A stretch of 63,772 nt of DNA, filler included, from Octopus bimaculoides (GCF_001194135.2; 5 parts of 4 records of this genome joined end to end with filler, not necessarily neighbours in it), one strand, 5' to 3'; shown: positions 39,647-55,126, counted from the first letter of the whole stretch. The notes: generated from the letters alone by a model not told the origin. A program made the numbers and translations.

Positions 39647-40944
39647 AACCTCCATCCATCAATCCATCCGTCCATACATACATACATACACACATACATC
39701 AAACGTCCCTCAAACATCATTCGTCCCTCGAACATTCACACATTCCAAACTGCATCCAATCCTTCTGGCTCTTTGCTAAAATGGGTGGTGATGGTTCTGT
39801 AAGCGGCAGCCATTGGAGATAACCACAATCTTCGCATTCTGCTTTGTTTCCGACTCCTTGACATAAATTTTTGGTTCCCACTCTCCAGATCTACCTTATT
39901 ACACTCCACCAAACTCAGCACCCTGCAAACACATACGTCAAGGACAGAAATAACTGCTTATTTCAAACGCACAAGTCCTCTGGCCCTGACACAATGTACC
40001 TTCCCTTACACTCAAACATCATGTTCTCGGTGTGACACTTTCAAAAACACAGGCTACCTCTCTAATTAGTTCAACCACAGAAGACTAAACATAAACACTG
40101 GGGTCGTTACGATGGACCGGTTCCTTCAAGGCGGTGCCCCACAAAAGTCGTAGTCCAATGACTGACATCAGTCACAGAGTAGAGAATAAAAGGAAGACTA
40201 AAAGAATGTACGTAATACGATTATATATANNNNNNNNNNTATACGTATATATATATAGTTGTACCCCGCAGTTTCTCTGCACCTATTTGCTTATTTATAG
40301 AATTTCAGTTTGTATTTGTGTACATCCATATTATTTCATTTATTTGTTTGTTGGGGTGGTGATGAATGTTTATGGTTATGTACTTGCGTGTGTGTGTGTG
40401 TGTGTGTGTGTGCGTGTGTGTGTGTGTGTGTGTGTATGTATATATATATATATAACGTATGTATGGAAATGTATGCTTTTCTGTGGGGGTGGTATGAACG
40501 TACGAACGCAAGCGAGCATATAATATATTTTCTTTAGATTTATATACGAAAACACGATTATGTTACCATATTCATTTTCAGTTGTCTAAATCAAAAGAGA
40601 GAACATAGAAATAAATCGCTTGATATAGTTGGTGAGAAATTGATAGATGCATACAGAAAATAGGAGAAATTGTTAGCAAAGGATATACGTATATTATGTC
40701 TATACATACACACGTATATGCATACATAGATATATAGGTAGTCATATATATATATATATATNNNNNNNNNNTTTTTTACCTGTAATTTTGGATTTTGTCC
40801 CTAATATTATATATATATACAGAGGATGTTCAGGTTAAAGTTTACTGCATACTCAATAACTTAAAATATAACAACAGTTTGCAGAAAAGGAAAAGAAAAG
40901 AAAATATCTCATCCAAATATAAAGGATTTTCAAAAATCAAAAGA

Positions 40945-41115
40945 TATCAACAAGTATGTGGCTGAGAGATAAAAGTCTGCGCAAAGTAACTACCTTCAGC
41001 TTTCACCACTACCTCAAGACGCCTCTGGATCTTGGCACATGCGTTCCTCATTGTGTCATGAGATCTTGACACAACGACAACACCTCGTTGATCATAGCCA
41101 CCAGCTAGGCCTTCA
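40945..41115 (-). pseudogene. Tc1/mariner-superfamily (Tc1- or maT-like) transposase C-terminal remnant
   Basis: Minus strand NMKA*LVAMINEVL / DTMRNACAKIQRRLEVVVKAEGSYF resembles the typical C-terminus (..ACxxFRxRLEAVVxAEGGYxE), with a stop and a frameshift. Confidence 0.7.
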
Positions 41116-41118
41116 TGT

Positions 41119-41154
<36 letters not shown>

Positions 41155-41410
41155 AACCTCCATCCATCAATCCATCCGTCCATACATACATACATACACA
41201 CATACATCAAACGTCCCTCAAACATCATTCGTCCCTCGAACATTCACACATTCCAAACTGTATCCAATCCTTCTGGCTCTTTGCTAAAATGGGTGGTGAT
41301 AAAATGGGTGNNNNNNNNNNNNNNNNNNNNNNNNNNNNNNNNNNNNNNNNNNNNTTAATTAATTAANNNNNNNNNNNNNNNNNNNNNNNNNNNNNNNNNN
41401 NNNNNNNNNN

Positions 41411-41454
<44 letters not shown>

Positions 41455-41763
41455 GTCGTCACTATCTTCATTGAAATTTGTTTGAGAAGTTGTCGGAAAT
41501 GATAAAACATTGGTCTTTATGTCTTTCGATCCTCGTAGTATTGTTTATGAGTTGAAATATCACCGGAGCTTATCTATGTATTAGTTTCCTTGTTCTCTCT
41601 GGATTTCCGCAGCTTCGATAAAATAAGCATTATCGATGTGTGTGTGTGTGTTTGTGTGTGCGTGAGTGTGTGTGTGTGAGGGAGAGAGAGAGAGACAGAG
41701 AAAGAGAGAGAGAGACAGAGAGAGAAAGAAAGAGGCAGAAAGAGTGTGAGTGCGCGCATGTGC

Positions 41764-41772
41764 TTGTATGGA

Positions 41773-41811
<39 letters not shown>

Positions 41812-41812
41812 A

Positions 41813-41876
<64 letters not shown>

Positions 41877-41892
41877 GATCGATCGATCGATC
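41764..41892. repeat. (TATC)n microsatellite grading into (GATC)n
   Basis: Direct inspection. Confidence 0.95.
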
Positions 41893-42139
41893 TGTGTATA
41901 TCAATGAGTATGTGTATGCTTGTATATGTATTTTTTGTGAATATCTATATGTATATACATATATCTATATGTATATTAAAGTGTATATAGGTATGTGTTT
42001 ATACATTCATACATACACATACACACACACACACACATATGTGTGTGTGTATGCTTGCATGTATGAATGTATGTATGTGCGTATAGATATATGTAAATAT
42101 TGAACTTGATTGAACTGGTTATACTTCTCATAAAAATTC

Positions 42140-42345
42140 AGTGAAATGCGGCATACTCGTTAGAACGTCGAGCAAAATTCCTCGCAGTATTTTTGTCTCG
42201 GCTATTCAAGTTCAAATTCCACCGAGGTCAGTAAAACCTTTCTTCCTCCCGATGCAGATGAAATTAAGTCCCTATCAAGAACTAATACCGATCGTATCGA
42301 CTGACTCCTTCCCCTTAACTTTGCTACCCTTGTACTTAAATTAGA
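42140..42345 (+). mobile_element. SINE family B, degraded
   Basis: CGTTAGAACGTCGAGCAAAAT..AGTTCAAATTCCACCGAGGTC. Confidence 0.75.
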
Positions 42346-43004
42346 AACCATTATTACTAATGAATTAGCGGACCATTTGCGGTTAAAGATTGAAGTTGAA
42401 ATACCACCGTATTTGGCTTCAACCTTCATTTCCGAAAAGACTATACTGAACAAACTAAGAAAGGCATGAATGTTACAAAATCTCGTTTCTCAATTCGTCG
42501 AAATTTAAAACCTCCGCATTTGTTCGAATATATCAGAGTTCATTTTTGAAATATAATACAAATGTACTAATCATCTCTCTTAGAAATATCTGTTTTTTTA
42601 AACATGATTATGATCCGTGTACGTCATATACATATACAAACATGCATATATATATATATANNNNNNNNNNNNNNNNNNNNNNNNNNNNNNNNNNNNNNNN
42701 NNNNNNNNNNNNNNNNNNNNNNNNNNNNNNNNNNNNNNNNNNNNNNNNNNNNNNNNNNNNNNNNNNNNNNNNNNNNNNNNNNNNNNNNNNNNNNNNNNNN
42801 NNNNNNNNNNNNNNNNNNNNNNNNNNNNNNNNNNNNNNNNNNNNNNNNNNNNNNNNNNNNNNNNNNNNNNNNNNNNNNNNNNNNNNNNNNNNNNNNNNNN
42901 NNNNNNNNNNNNNNNNNNNNNNNNNNNNNNNNNNNNNNNNNNNNNNNNNNNNNNNNNNNNNNNNNNNNNNNNNNNNNNNNNNNNNNNNNATATATATGTA
43001 TATA

Positions 43005-43089
<85 letters not shown>

Positions 43090-44172
43090 ATAATGTATAT
43101 CGCCAAATGCCTGATACTTGGTTTTTAATTCACTTTTATTTATCATGCCTAGGGCTATACTGGAGTGCTGCTTCCTCTTTCGAAAGTCTTCTTATTGTAC
43201 AAATTGTAATGTAAAGGAAAGAAGTTTTATTCAATTTACACTAATTAACGTGCGTCCTTTTTGCACCATAAGCAAATAAGAAAAAAAAGATTACTTTTTA
43301 TTTCATTATTTCTATCAGCAATTAATGCTGCTGCTACTGTTGTTATTGCTGCTGCTGTTGTTATTGCTGCTGCATCTTCTTTTTCAACTGCTGCCGCCGT
43401 CTCTGCTGCTTTTTCTCCCGTTAATATTGTTGTTGTTGTTGTTGTTGACGTGCAATATTCGTCTGCTTACTATGCAATGTTGGCCTGGCTACGATCTGAT
43501 GCCTTGTCCAATGTTTCTATAGCTTCTTTGTTTTATTAAATGACTTCACTGTATTATGATCGTCTGTTATTAAATATCCAAAATACCCGAAAGATAATGG
43601 ATATAGTTAGTAGGATGTCCCTCCTTAAGGTAACAAAACAAAAGATAAAAAAAAGGTTGAAGGAAATCAATGCGAAACACACCCTACTATTACACACTGC
43701 TATCTAGAATAATGAAATGACGTTGTATCATGTAATCCTACATAATACAAATACAAAAAAAAATACGAATTGGTCACGGGTGGAATGCCTTTGATCATCG
43801 ATCTGCTCGATCCGGATAGACTTGTGGTTAAACTTCGACAACAGCATATTAATAACAATGACAACAAAGCTAAAAACAAAATAAATACTATTTTACTCTT
43901 TTCCCCTCCTCCTCCCTCCCTCCCTCTCTCTCTCTCTCTCTCTGTCTCCCTCTTTCTCTCCTTACTGAAGATATTGAATCAAATAAATTCAGTGGTGGAA
44001 TTTCGAAGTTTTATAAAGTTGTATCTATAATTCAGTCGTCAGTCCCGAGGCATTTTAATGTCCTTCCTCCGTATAAGATATAACGATAGGCAGGCAGACA
44101 CGTGCTTCCATACAGACACACACAAACTCATTCATAATTGTGTGCTCCTCTCTCTCCCCATTCTCTCCGCTT

Positions 44173-44225
<53 letters not shown>

Positions 44226-44468
44226 AATGTACTCCCAGGTTCATACATGAACACAAATAACAATTTCGCTAAAGAATATACATATACTGCCTCACTCACA
44301 CTATACAAAGTTTACAATATCCTTTTATTCTGTTACTGAGTTCAGTCATTGAGCTGGGACCGTGCTGAGCCCCGGATTCCAACATATACGCATTCATAAA
44401 CACACATATGTGCATACACACGTATGAGAGTGTGTCAGTTCGTGGAATTATGAATGCATGTATGTATG

Positions 44469-44504
<36 letters not shown>

Positions 44505-45634
44505 CGTGTATTTGTTTGTGTGTATGTGTACATATATANNNNNNNNNNNNNNNNNNNNNNNNNNNNNNNNNNNNNNNNNNNNNNNNNNNNNNNNNNNNNN
44601 NNNNNNNNNNNNTATATATATATATGTATATATATGTACACGTATGTATGTATATGTATATATGTATATATATATATGTATGTATGTATGTATGTGTTTG
44701 TATGTATATGACGGGCTATTTTCAGTTTTCGTTTACGAAATCCACTCACAAGACATTAGTCGGTCCAAGAGTATAGTGAAAGACACTTGTCTAACGTGTC
44801 TTGCACTGGGACTGAACCCATGACACCATGCCTAGAAGGCAAGCTTCTTACAGCCCAGCCACGACTGCGCCTATGTATGCACCATTGCAATCACATGATA
44901 TTGGTGATAGGTGTTGGTCACTTGATTAGCGTGAGTGGTTGGTATATATCAAAGAAACTGAGGGTTGGGGTAGGAGTGTGCAATACAGAGTCAGGAGGAA
45001 TGTGAAAGAGAGAGAGAGGGAGAGAAAGAGAGTGAGAGAGAGGGAATAGAAGAGAGAAAGTAGGAGGGAGTATAGTAATTTAGAAAGAGAAAGAGGGCAG
45101 GTAAAAAAAACAGCACAAGAATAGATGAAGACAGGATTGAATGAAACGACAGGAGAATGAAAGAGAAGCGCGCGCGCGTATACATATGTATATATACTTC
45201 TATTTACACACGAATGCATTTTGAATTGTAGGTATATTCTATCGGATTTTAAAATACATTTTCGTTAGTTCAGTTTCATTCACAAACTATGAGTGGACCG
45301 GAGGCTATAAAAAGTTGACATTTGTCCAATATGCCTTGCATAGGGATCGAACCTTGATTGCGAAGCATATTCTTAAGCCACACTCTTCCTATACATGCGC
45401 TCGTATGCACACATATTCTGTCGGTCCGTCTGTCTGTCTATCTCTTTCTCCGCCCCCCTCTCTCTCACACACACACACACACCCATATACAATGAATGAA
45501 AGATAAGTATATAGAGGGCAAGATAAGAAAGAAGAGAAAATGAAACAAAAACGAGGAAGACATGGCGACAAACAGATAGATAGACAGAGATAGAGAGACA
45601 GAGATAGAGAGAGATAGAGATTGATAGATGGATG

Positions 45635-45678
<44 letters not shown>

Positions 45679-45861
45679 TGACATACCGATGCAAAAAAAA
45701 CATGCATTAATATTGTAAAAAGGTTAGAGAGATACAAAATGAAGATGCAGAGGTAAAAATCGAAGAGAGATAGAGAATCAGAAATAATGTAGAAGCGACA
45801 CTAAAAGACGACATCCCGGCATATATAAACAAGGTAAAGAAAAGGAGGAGGAGTTCAGGAG

Positions 45862-45906
<45 letters not shown>

Positions 45907-47551
45907 CTGCCTCCAATAACACCTTAATAGTTTGTTTGGTTCACCAGCAAAAAACTTTATCCTCATCTTGATTTTGTTGTTTAGTTCTACCTTGATTGAG
46001 CAAACTAATGATCGCAACCATCCAACCGTAACTATCCTACCTTACTTTTACACACGGAGGAGAAAGATATGAGTACTATTTCTATTTAGTCGAACGATTT
46101 GACTATTTGGACTCACTGGTTGGTTTCTCTACCTTCAAACAGTGCAGTGAAACACTTTTCATACCAGAATCACACTGTCATCTGCATCTGGATGATTTCA
46201 CTGGATATCTGCCTTCTATATCGCAAACTCAGCACTTACTGGAAGCTTACTACCCATCCATAGCTCTTACTTCAAAACATCTACTGCTATAATTAAGGTT
46301 ATGTAATCAACAGTTTAATGTGGTTTCTACAGTATTACCACAGGCAGTCCTTTTTTTTCCCCGATCTGCATGTAGAATTGTTTTGGGTTCGGGGAACACG
46401 CAAGATACCTTGGCTCTGGTGAACCTTAATCATTTAGGAGGGTCGCAATGCTGACTGTAACACATGATACCGCAGAGGGGTATCTATGTGTCCTGACCTG
46501 GGTGTGGTCTGAGCCCTTAAAATCTACGAAGTTAAGGGCCGAAACGATTTCATGATGGGAATGGCTTCTCTGAAGACCTTTTGCCGTTTAGCTCCCCTTG
46601 AGGCCTCTAACTACCTGGGTAGTTATCAATCGTGTCAAGAGAGAGTTTAATATTTGTGTGATTACATTGAAAGTGCATTGCATAAGATGTGAGCAGTGTA
46701 TAAAGGGGTTATCTTTTGGATTGTAGGTAACATTGTTAATACTACTATGGTTCGTATGGTCTTGTTCGTATTAGTTTTTCATATACAGAGTTCCAGTTAC
46801 TTTTGGTACTGTTTTTCTTTGATGTCTCATATTCTGCTCATTCTGCTGGTTCCGGGCAGTGCTTTGGCTAGAAAGTAAAAAAAATGCTGAGATGGTGTTG
46901 ACATTTTTTTTCGTTCCAGGCCTTAATAATTATTCCTGGAAAGTTTGTCTTCATCGGTTTGTCAGTCTGAACAAAACTGCATCACGTGATTATAGTAAGT
47001 CGTTGCCATTAGCGGTAATTAGTACATTATTTTCTCTTTATTTGTATTTTTTCTCTATGTCGGTATTTTGCCCTGTGTATTATCGTTGAAGTTGTTTTTT
47101 CTGTCTAGTGGTTATAGCGAAAGAGGTTGTGTGGTGAACAAAGTTGAAAGTTTTGAGGGAAGACATCTTCTTTTTCGGTTAAGCCCTCATCAGCTCTTTT
47201 GAGTTCTACTTGGAAAGTGTTCCCTCTCACAGTGAATTTGTTAAAAGGTTGGTGACTGTGACAAAAATGGTTAAGTTGAATGGACTTACTCTAATCATGT
47301 GCCTCTAGAGTGAAGTACAACATTCGGGCGAGGGCTTGTGCCCTTGGTGGTCAGAGTGATCCTGGATCTGTGGGGTTCGTTAAAGGGCTCTAGTTGGAGG
47401 TTCTTTTGTATCAGGAGGACTGTCTTACATATTTTCTATACTATGTATACTTTGAATCTCATTTTACCATTCTCTACCTTCTTTATGTAACACCCGACCC
47501 TCAGATTGTGAACTGTCCATGTAATGTCCCCTTCACATAATCCCCCGGTGG

Positions 47552-47585
<34 letters not shown>

Positions 47586-47590
47586 AATCA

Positions 47591-47659
<69 letters not shown>

Positions 47660-47660
<1 letters not shown>

Positions 47661-47872
47661 GGCGGTGAGCTGGCAGAAACATTAGCTCGCGAGACAAAGT
47701 GCTTAGCGGTATTTCGTCTGTCGCTACGTTCTTAGTTCAAGTTCTGCCGAGGTCGACTTTGCCTTTCACTCTTTCGGGGTCGATAAATTAAGTACCAGTG
47801 AAACACTGGGGTCGATGTAATTGACTACTCCCCTTCCTCCAAATTTCAGGCCTTGTGCCTATAGTAGAAAGG

Positions 47873-47913
<41 letters not shown>

Positions 47914-48510
47914 AATGGTGAGTTTACAGAATCATTAGCGCATCGGATAAAATTCGTTGCAGCAGTTTTTGTGGTTCTTTACGTTGAGCTCAAATTCTGC
48001 CGAGATTGACATTATCTTCGGAGTCGATAAAATAAATATCAGTTAAATAAAGTTGACGATATGATCGACTATCCCCCAAATCTGAGACTTTGTGCCTGCA
48101 TTAGAAAATTCAGTATTTGCCGAAAGTTTGTGGAGTTGTCGGTAAGTTGGAGTTTAATTCCCATTAAGCGAATAAATCCTCGTCGATGTTCTTGTTGAAA
48201 GGTGAGAGGCTAAAGTGTTTGATTTCTTCACTCCGCACAACAATTCAACTTTAACTCATCGATACTTTCAGAAACTCTCCTTTTGCTTATTATTTCATAC
48301 ACGCCATGCAGCGAGCTGGCTGAATCGTTAGCTTGTGGAATAAAATGTTTCATTCGTCTTAACGTTCAGAGCTCAAATTCGGCTGTGGTTTGGTTTTCTT
48401 TCATCCTTTCAGGATCGATAAATTAAGTACCTGTTGAGTACCGGGGTGGACGTAATTGACTAAACCCTCCTTCTAAAATCTCAAGCCTTGTGCCTAGAGT
48501 AGATTGGATT
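47660..48510 (+). mobile_element. Cluster of three co-oriented SINE family B copies (47660-47875, 47913-48105, 48311-48510) with (ATT)n tracts
   Basis: Repeated GAGCTGGCAGAA..TTCAAATTC..GATAAA..AAGTACC..CCTTGTGCCT motifs. Confidence 0.88.
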
Positions 48511-48763
48511 ATCTCAAACACGCATGCGCGTATACAAACACATTCTCTCTCACGTACATATATCAATACATTTTCTTCTCCAGATTTCATCAAATATCAG
48601 AATGTCATTATTATACGCATGAAAGAGTATATACTTGACAGAGTTACAGTACTAAATCTACTAGAAATGACACAACTATAATGAATATTTGATAAAGTTA
48701 AAAGCAACACCGTAAAAGTATATGGTTATATAAAATGCTTGACTCGGGGTCTTTCGAAGCTCT

Positions 48764-48900
48764 GTTAGGAGGATATAATACCTGGTAGGAGGAACCAAGA
48801 ACGTCCCAAACGCAGACAGGGAGACTGGATCATAAAACTGTGACAATGGCAATCATAGGAAGAGTTCAAAGCAATGAAATCATGCAGAGTAGGATAGACG
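48764..48900 (+). pseudogene. RTE-clade LINE ORF2 3'-terminal remnant
   Basis: Translates EDIIPGRRNQERPKRRQGDWI, resembling the RTE C-terminal EGxIxGxRxRGRPxxRWxD motif. Confidence 0.65.
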
Positions 48901-50885
48901 TGCTAGAAATCCTCATCGCTAAATCTCCTTCAAATCACACCCTAATCTCTATTTCTCTTTCATGCTGTACATCGTATCCGTCACCTTTAATCCGTTTTAG
49001 TAGCCTATAATTCTTTCAATTAGAAAAAGGTATTTCTTTTATTTATTTATTTATACATGTTTCACTATGTAGTCAGTGAGTGGAAGGAAGCGCCTATAGC
49101 TCTTTATGTTTTCTAGAACAGACAAGAGGAAAGATTAAAATGTTATTCCCGATTCGGAACCCTGGCCCGAATGCTTACAAACAAATATCATTTCGCTAAA
49201 TGCATCAAAGTGCCTGATGGTAGCGTCAGACAGGGTGACAGATTAAGTCTGCTACTCAAAGAAGACGTTGCTCATCCCTCGCTTAACTCTTTTCTATTTC
49301 TCAAGAAAGGAACCCTGTGAATGGTCCCATGCGTAACCATACATATGGAGGGACGTAGCCGATTCAAAACGGGAGAAAGAGAGAGAGAAGGGCACAGAAC
49401 ACGACTGGCATTTGATCATTCTCAGCATGATTCAAGCAAGGTTTGATGTCCGATTCCAGAGGGGCGGAACAAATACCACAAGGCATCTTAACGGCTCAGT
49501 TCAATTCACCGCCTGCAAATCACACCGTATTTGTTTATGAATGGTTATAATAAAAGACGGAATGGTCACGGATGGAAAGTCTTTGGTCATAGTAAAGCTT
49601 GATCAAGGATGAGCTGGGATTAAAGAACATCGACAATAACAACAACGGACACAATAAATACACGAGAATGTAAAAACAAAGCAAAAAATTATGAAGAGGG
49701 AAACGGGAGAGAAGCAGATAAAAGAAGGGGAGATGAAAGTGACCGAATGGGAAAAAGATGGAGTAAGGAGGAGAGAACCAATCGAATATAGAGGGAGAGA
49801 AATATGTGTACATTTGCTTGAGAGAGAGAGGGGGAGAGAGAGACAGAGAAAGCGACAGAGAGAGATAGAGAAAGCGACAGAGAGAGAGAGCGGCTGAAGA
49901 GGTAGGAAGAGTGAGTAAAGAGTTAACAGCTGCAATGGCAAATAGCTGAGACGTACGTTGAGGATGAGGAAGAATGAGTTTGAGGTAGGGTAGAGAGAAG
50001 ATTGATGTGAATGGATGGATGTAAGAGAGTAGGAAGAGAAGAGGAACAAAGGGATGGAGGAGCTGGTGGAGGTAGTGGAGTTGTTGTTGTTGTTGTAGTG
50101 TTGGTGGTGGTGATGGTGGTTATGCTTAAAAACAGAAGCAGGAGGTTACTGTTTGGGAAACCCTTTCTTGCCGGCGATAGCGTCAGCGGCAACGGTAGCA
50201 GCGGTAGTGATGGTAATGGTGGTAGTGGTGACTGCACCGGGATGAAACAACTTGCAAAATGTCCCGTAAGGATAACGCTAAAAGACCAGGAATATGATTC
50301 ATGAGTAGATAGAGAGATAGAGTGAGAATGAAAGAAGCAGAGAAAGAGAGAGAGAGCTGGAAGAACAGAAAATGTGAATGTGGGGGTCGGTGTGGCAGGG
50401 ACAGCAAGCAGCAAGAGGAATGTGAAGGTGGTGAGGTGAGAAGTGGTAGGTTGGCTGGCGGAAAAACATAACATTTCTCTGTAGACTGATAGAATCCCAA
50501 CAATCACAGATACATATCTTAGCCAACTACTTCATATATTTAATGCACATGCACATACTCTCTTTCTCTGTCTCTGTTTCTCTCTGTCTCTCTCTGTCTC
50601 TCTCCCTTTTCCCCTTCTCTTCTCTCTCCTTCTTCTTCTCTTCATCCCTCTCTCTCTCTCTCACTCACACACACACATCCACACGAACACTCAGGCTAAT
50701 ATGCAATCGACACAAACATGTGCATTGCACGACAACACACGCTGGCCATGCAACCAGCTTTCGTCTTAAACTAAGAAGTTGTCCAACCTGCTTGAATTAG
50801 CCAGACATCCCTCATATCATAAGAAGAAATAAAAAGAGGAGTGTGTAAGTATTTACACACACACATATGTATATCATCTTTTTTT

Positions 50886-51505
50886 TATCTTTTACTTGTT
50901 TCAATCATTTAGACGGTGGCCATGTTGGGCACTGCGTTGAAGAATTTTTACTCGAATGAATCAAACCCTAGTACTTATTCTATCGGTCATTTTTGCCGAC
51001 CCGATATGCTCCGGTGACATAAACACACCAACACCGGTTGTCAAGCTGTGGGGGTGGGACAAACACAGACACAGATACACACACACATGCACACATGCAC
51101 ACATACACACACACATACATACATACATACATGCATAGATACATACATACATACATGCATACATACTTACATACATACACACACATAAGTNNNNNNNNNN
51201 NNNNNNNNNNNNNNNNNNNNNNNNNNNNNNNNNNNNNNNNNNNNNNNNNNNNNNNNNNNNNNNNNNNACACACACACATACATACATACATACATGCATA
51301 GATACATACATACATACATGCATACATACTTACATACATACACACACATAAGTATATATATATGTGTATATATGAAGGCTTCTTTCAGTTACCGTCAACC
51401 AAATCCACTCATAAGGCTTTAGTCGGCGCGTGACTTTAGTAGAAGACAATTTTCCAAGGTGCCACGCCGTGATACTGAAACCAGAATCATGTGGTTGGGA
51501 AGCAA
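50886..51505 (-). mobile_element. SINE family A with expanded internal CA/TACA microsatellite
   Basis: Family A tail at 50886-51070 and head at 51375-51505. Confidence 0.9.
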
Positions 51506-51530
51506 ACTTCTTTCGACATATGTATGTATG

Positions 51531-51573
<43 letters not shown>

Positions 51574-52262
51574 ACACATATAAATATATATATATATGCG
51601 TACACATATTCAGACACATACACAGAGGCATGTGTGTGTGCTTTTTATGTGTTATTTCACGGTATGCATTGGCAACTAACATGCATATATGAACCTAAGC
51701 GTAGTTGTTTGACTCGAATCAAACCTACAATAAAAGGAATTCCAACTGTAACTATTGTCTTTCTTTTCTGAAATATGCCGTGAGATATGATTTAATGGAG
51801 AATTAACTATAATTGTAGCAAGTGGGGCGATCAACCGTGAAGAGGCAGATTTGTTGTGTTATGTATGTATAGATAGGCATTTAGGGATGATTGTTTGGGT
51901 ACTCATTTAGTTAAAATATAGAAGATCAGAGCAAAGAAATTGCACGCAAGGACGTAATATACACATACAATTACATGCCGGGGGTAACAGCAAACACACA
52001 TACACACACTCTCTTTAACACACACACAAACATACACTCATGTATACACAGACTTACACATACACTCATATATTCATGCACACATGGTTACATGTATATG
52101 TACGTTAGACACAAGCAAACAGGTATACTTAAAAATATCTTAACACATATATATACACCTATATGTACACGTGGATAAATGCGTACATGCATATATAAAT
52201 ATGTACATGTTTATATATACACACACACACATATGTATGTGTGTGTGTTGCGTGTGTGTGTG

Positions 52263-52480
52263 AAGGCGAGTGGATTAGTGGCTATGGTAATCCGCGGCGC
52301 GTTTTATCCTTCAGGAATACACTTTATTTCACGTTACCCCAGTTCGCTCAGCTGGCAAAAAATGAGTAAGACCTGTATTTCAAAGGTCCAGCCTTGTCAC
52401 ATTTTGTGTTACGCTGGATCTCCATGAAAACTACGTTAAGTGTACACGTGTCTGTGGAATACTCAGCCAACTGCACGTTA
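52263..52480 (+). mobile_element. tRNA-derived SINE H2/T1, degraded
   Basis: CACTTTATTTCACGTTACCCCAGTTCGCTCAGCTGGCAAAAAATGAGT..AAAGGTCCAGCCTTGTCAC. Confidence 0.85.
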
Positions 52481-54348
52481 TGTGCTGGTTATGATAATTA
52501 TATATGTATATATATATAATTTATTTTCAAGAGATGAAATTTTTTCTCTATATAGGACATTCGAGCTATAGGAAAATAGGAAAAATAATGATGAGAGACA
52601 AAAGATACGTTACTAAAATATATTTTGTTGTAAAATTATTATGTGCACAAACTCATGTACTAAAAATATATAGATATATTAATATACAAATACACTTAAA
52701 TATATTTTTAAATATATCTTTAATATATTTTAAAGTGTTTTTTAAAGTGTTTTTATATAATAATTTTACAACAGAATATATTTTAGTAACCTATNNNNNN
52801 NNNNNNNNNNNNNNNNNNNNNNNNNNNNNNNNNNNNNNNNNNNNNNNNNNNNNNNNNNNNNNNNNNNNNNNNNNNNNNNNNNNNNNNNNNNNNNNNNNNN
52901 NNNNNNNNNNNNNNNNNNNNNNNNNNNNNNNNNNNNNNNNNNNNNNNNNNNNNNNNNNNNNNNNNNNNNNNNNNNNNNNNNNNNNNNNNNNNNNNNNNNN
53001 NNNNNNNNNNNNNNNNNNNNNNNNNNNNNNNNNATATATATATATATATATACATACATACGTATATCTATATGCATACATACTTACATAAATGCATGCC
53101 TTTATGCATATATACATGCATACATTCATACGTATGTAAATTCGTTCACAAATGTATACAAATAACAAAAAACACTTACACACTATCAGCTGAGTATGCA
53201 AAGATACAAATATGCACACATAATGCATCTGTGCATACATATATACAGTGTACATATGCACGAGCACGTACTCAACAACCAGGTCATCCAATCAAATATA
53301 ACACACGCGCACACACATGTGATCGTGCGCGCGCACACACACGTCACACTCCAAAAGTGACAGGTAGAGATATTGAAACACATACAAAAGTTTGAACAGA
53401 TGATAGGCTTTAGATCATAATGCAAGGTTGAGTGTGACAGATCTTTATAAGCATCATGTAACACGCCTGTTAAAGTATATCTCCCTATGCCTGGACATAG
53501 GACAGGCCAAAATATTCAAAAAGTGAAACATCACAATGAAATTATGAAAGATATAAAAATAATAACCACTGGTATTATATTAGCGTTTGGCTGCTGGGTT
53601 GCACGCATGCGCACCCTAGTAAACAGAACCACATAAACACAGGCACATACTCACATATATGTGTATGTATGCGTGAATGTGTGTATTTGTGTGTAGCATT
53701 CATGCGCATAAGTTTGTGTAATGTACGAATGATATTTATGTATATGTTTGTTTTCTGTATTTTGTACACAGAGCGTGGAAAGATCAGACATTACATACTG
53801 TATTCAATNNNNNNNNNNNNNNNNNNNNNNNNNNNNNNNNNNNNNNNNNNNNNNNNNNNNNNNNNNNNNNNNNNNNNNNNNNNNNNNNNNNNNNNNNNNN
53901 NNNNNNNNNNNNNNNNNNNNNNNNNNNNNNNNNNNNNNNNNNNNNNNNNNNNNNNNNNNNNNNNNNNNNNNNNNNNNNNNNNNNNNNNNNNNNNNNNNNN
54001 NNNNNNNNNNNNNNNNNNNNNNNNNNNNNNNNNNNNNNNNNNNNNNNNNNNNNNNNNNNNNNNNNNNNNNNNNNNNNNNNNNNNNNNNNNNNNNNNNNNN
54101 NNNNNNNNNNNNNNNNNNNNNNNNNNNNNNNNNNNNNNNNNNNNNNNNNNNNNNNNNNNNNNNNNNNNATATATGGACGTATATATAGATATGTATATAG
54201 GTATTTAAATATATGTACATATATAAGTATATATATGGGTGTATATATATATATGCACGTATATATGTTTGTTTGCATATACATTATATATATGTGTGTG
54301 TGCATATACATATATACATGCGTATGTGTATATGTTTATATATAAATA

Positions 54349-54417
<69 letters not shown>

Positions 54418-55074
54418 GCATATCTATGTACATATATTGAGATATATATAAGAAACACGCACACACACGCGCACAGACACAGACCCACACACGTACACAC
54501 ATACACGAACACGCGCATTCATATAAACCCATAAAACTAGTGTAACCCAGGAGTACTTGTCTGGTATTTATTCTATTCAGTTTAAATAATATTAAGCGCC
54601 ATACGTGTCTCTACTCTATTGTACTGAATATAGGAATTTACGTTTCATCTAGTATGAAACAATCATGGGTTGGTAAATATTTTATCACTATTCAACTACA
54701 TTGTTTTCCTTTGAGCGACAGTCCGTTTTAGCTAATTAATAACTGTAAGCTTCATATTTTCCATTCTTATTGATCATTGTCGCTAATTTGTTTGTTGGAG
54801 TATCTTTCAGTACAACCACTAAATATTTGTTAATATATACACCGTAGACATGTACACATGCATACACATACTTAAACACACACACACACGCACGCGCACA
54901 CACATATACACACATGTTTGTATGTATATATATTACTTTTATTATTTTATTATTATTTACGTGTATGTGTGTTATAGATAAAACGTTTATATTTATATAC
55001 ACACACATACACATACGTACATGCAGACCTATATACATATACGTACCTATATAAACACAAATAAAAATAGATGC

Positions 55075-55124
<50 letters not shown>

Positions 55125-55126
55125 TA

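Noticed and set aside
39605-41310. About 190-bp near-identical duplication (39605-39790 versus 41113-41300)
   Set aside because: Both copies abut gaps and differ by about one SNP and the microsatellite length. Most likely uncollapsed haplotype or scaffolding overlap rather than a real duplication.
51108-51352. About 80-bp direct repeat on both sides of the N gap
   Set aside because: Typical unmerged contig overlap.
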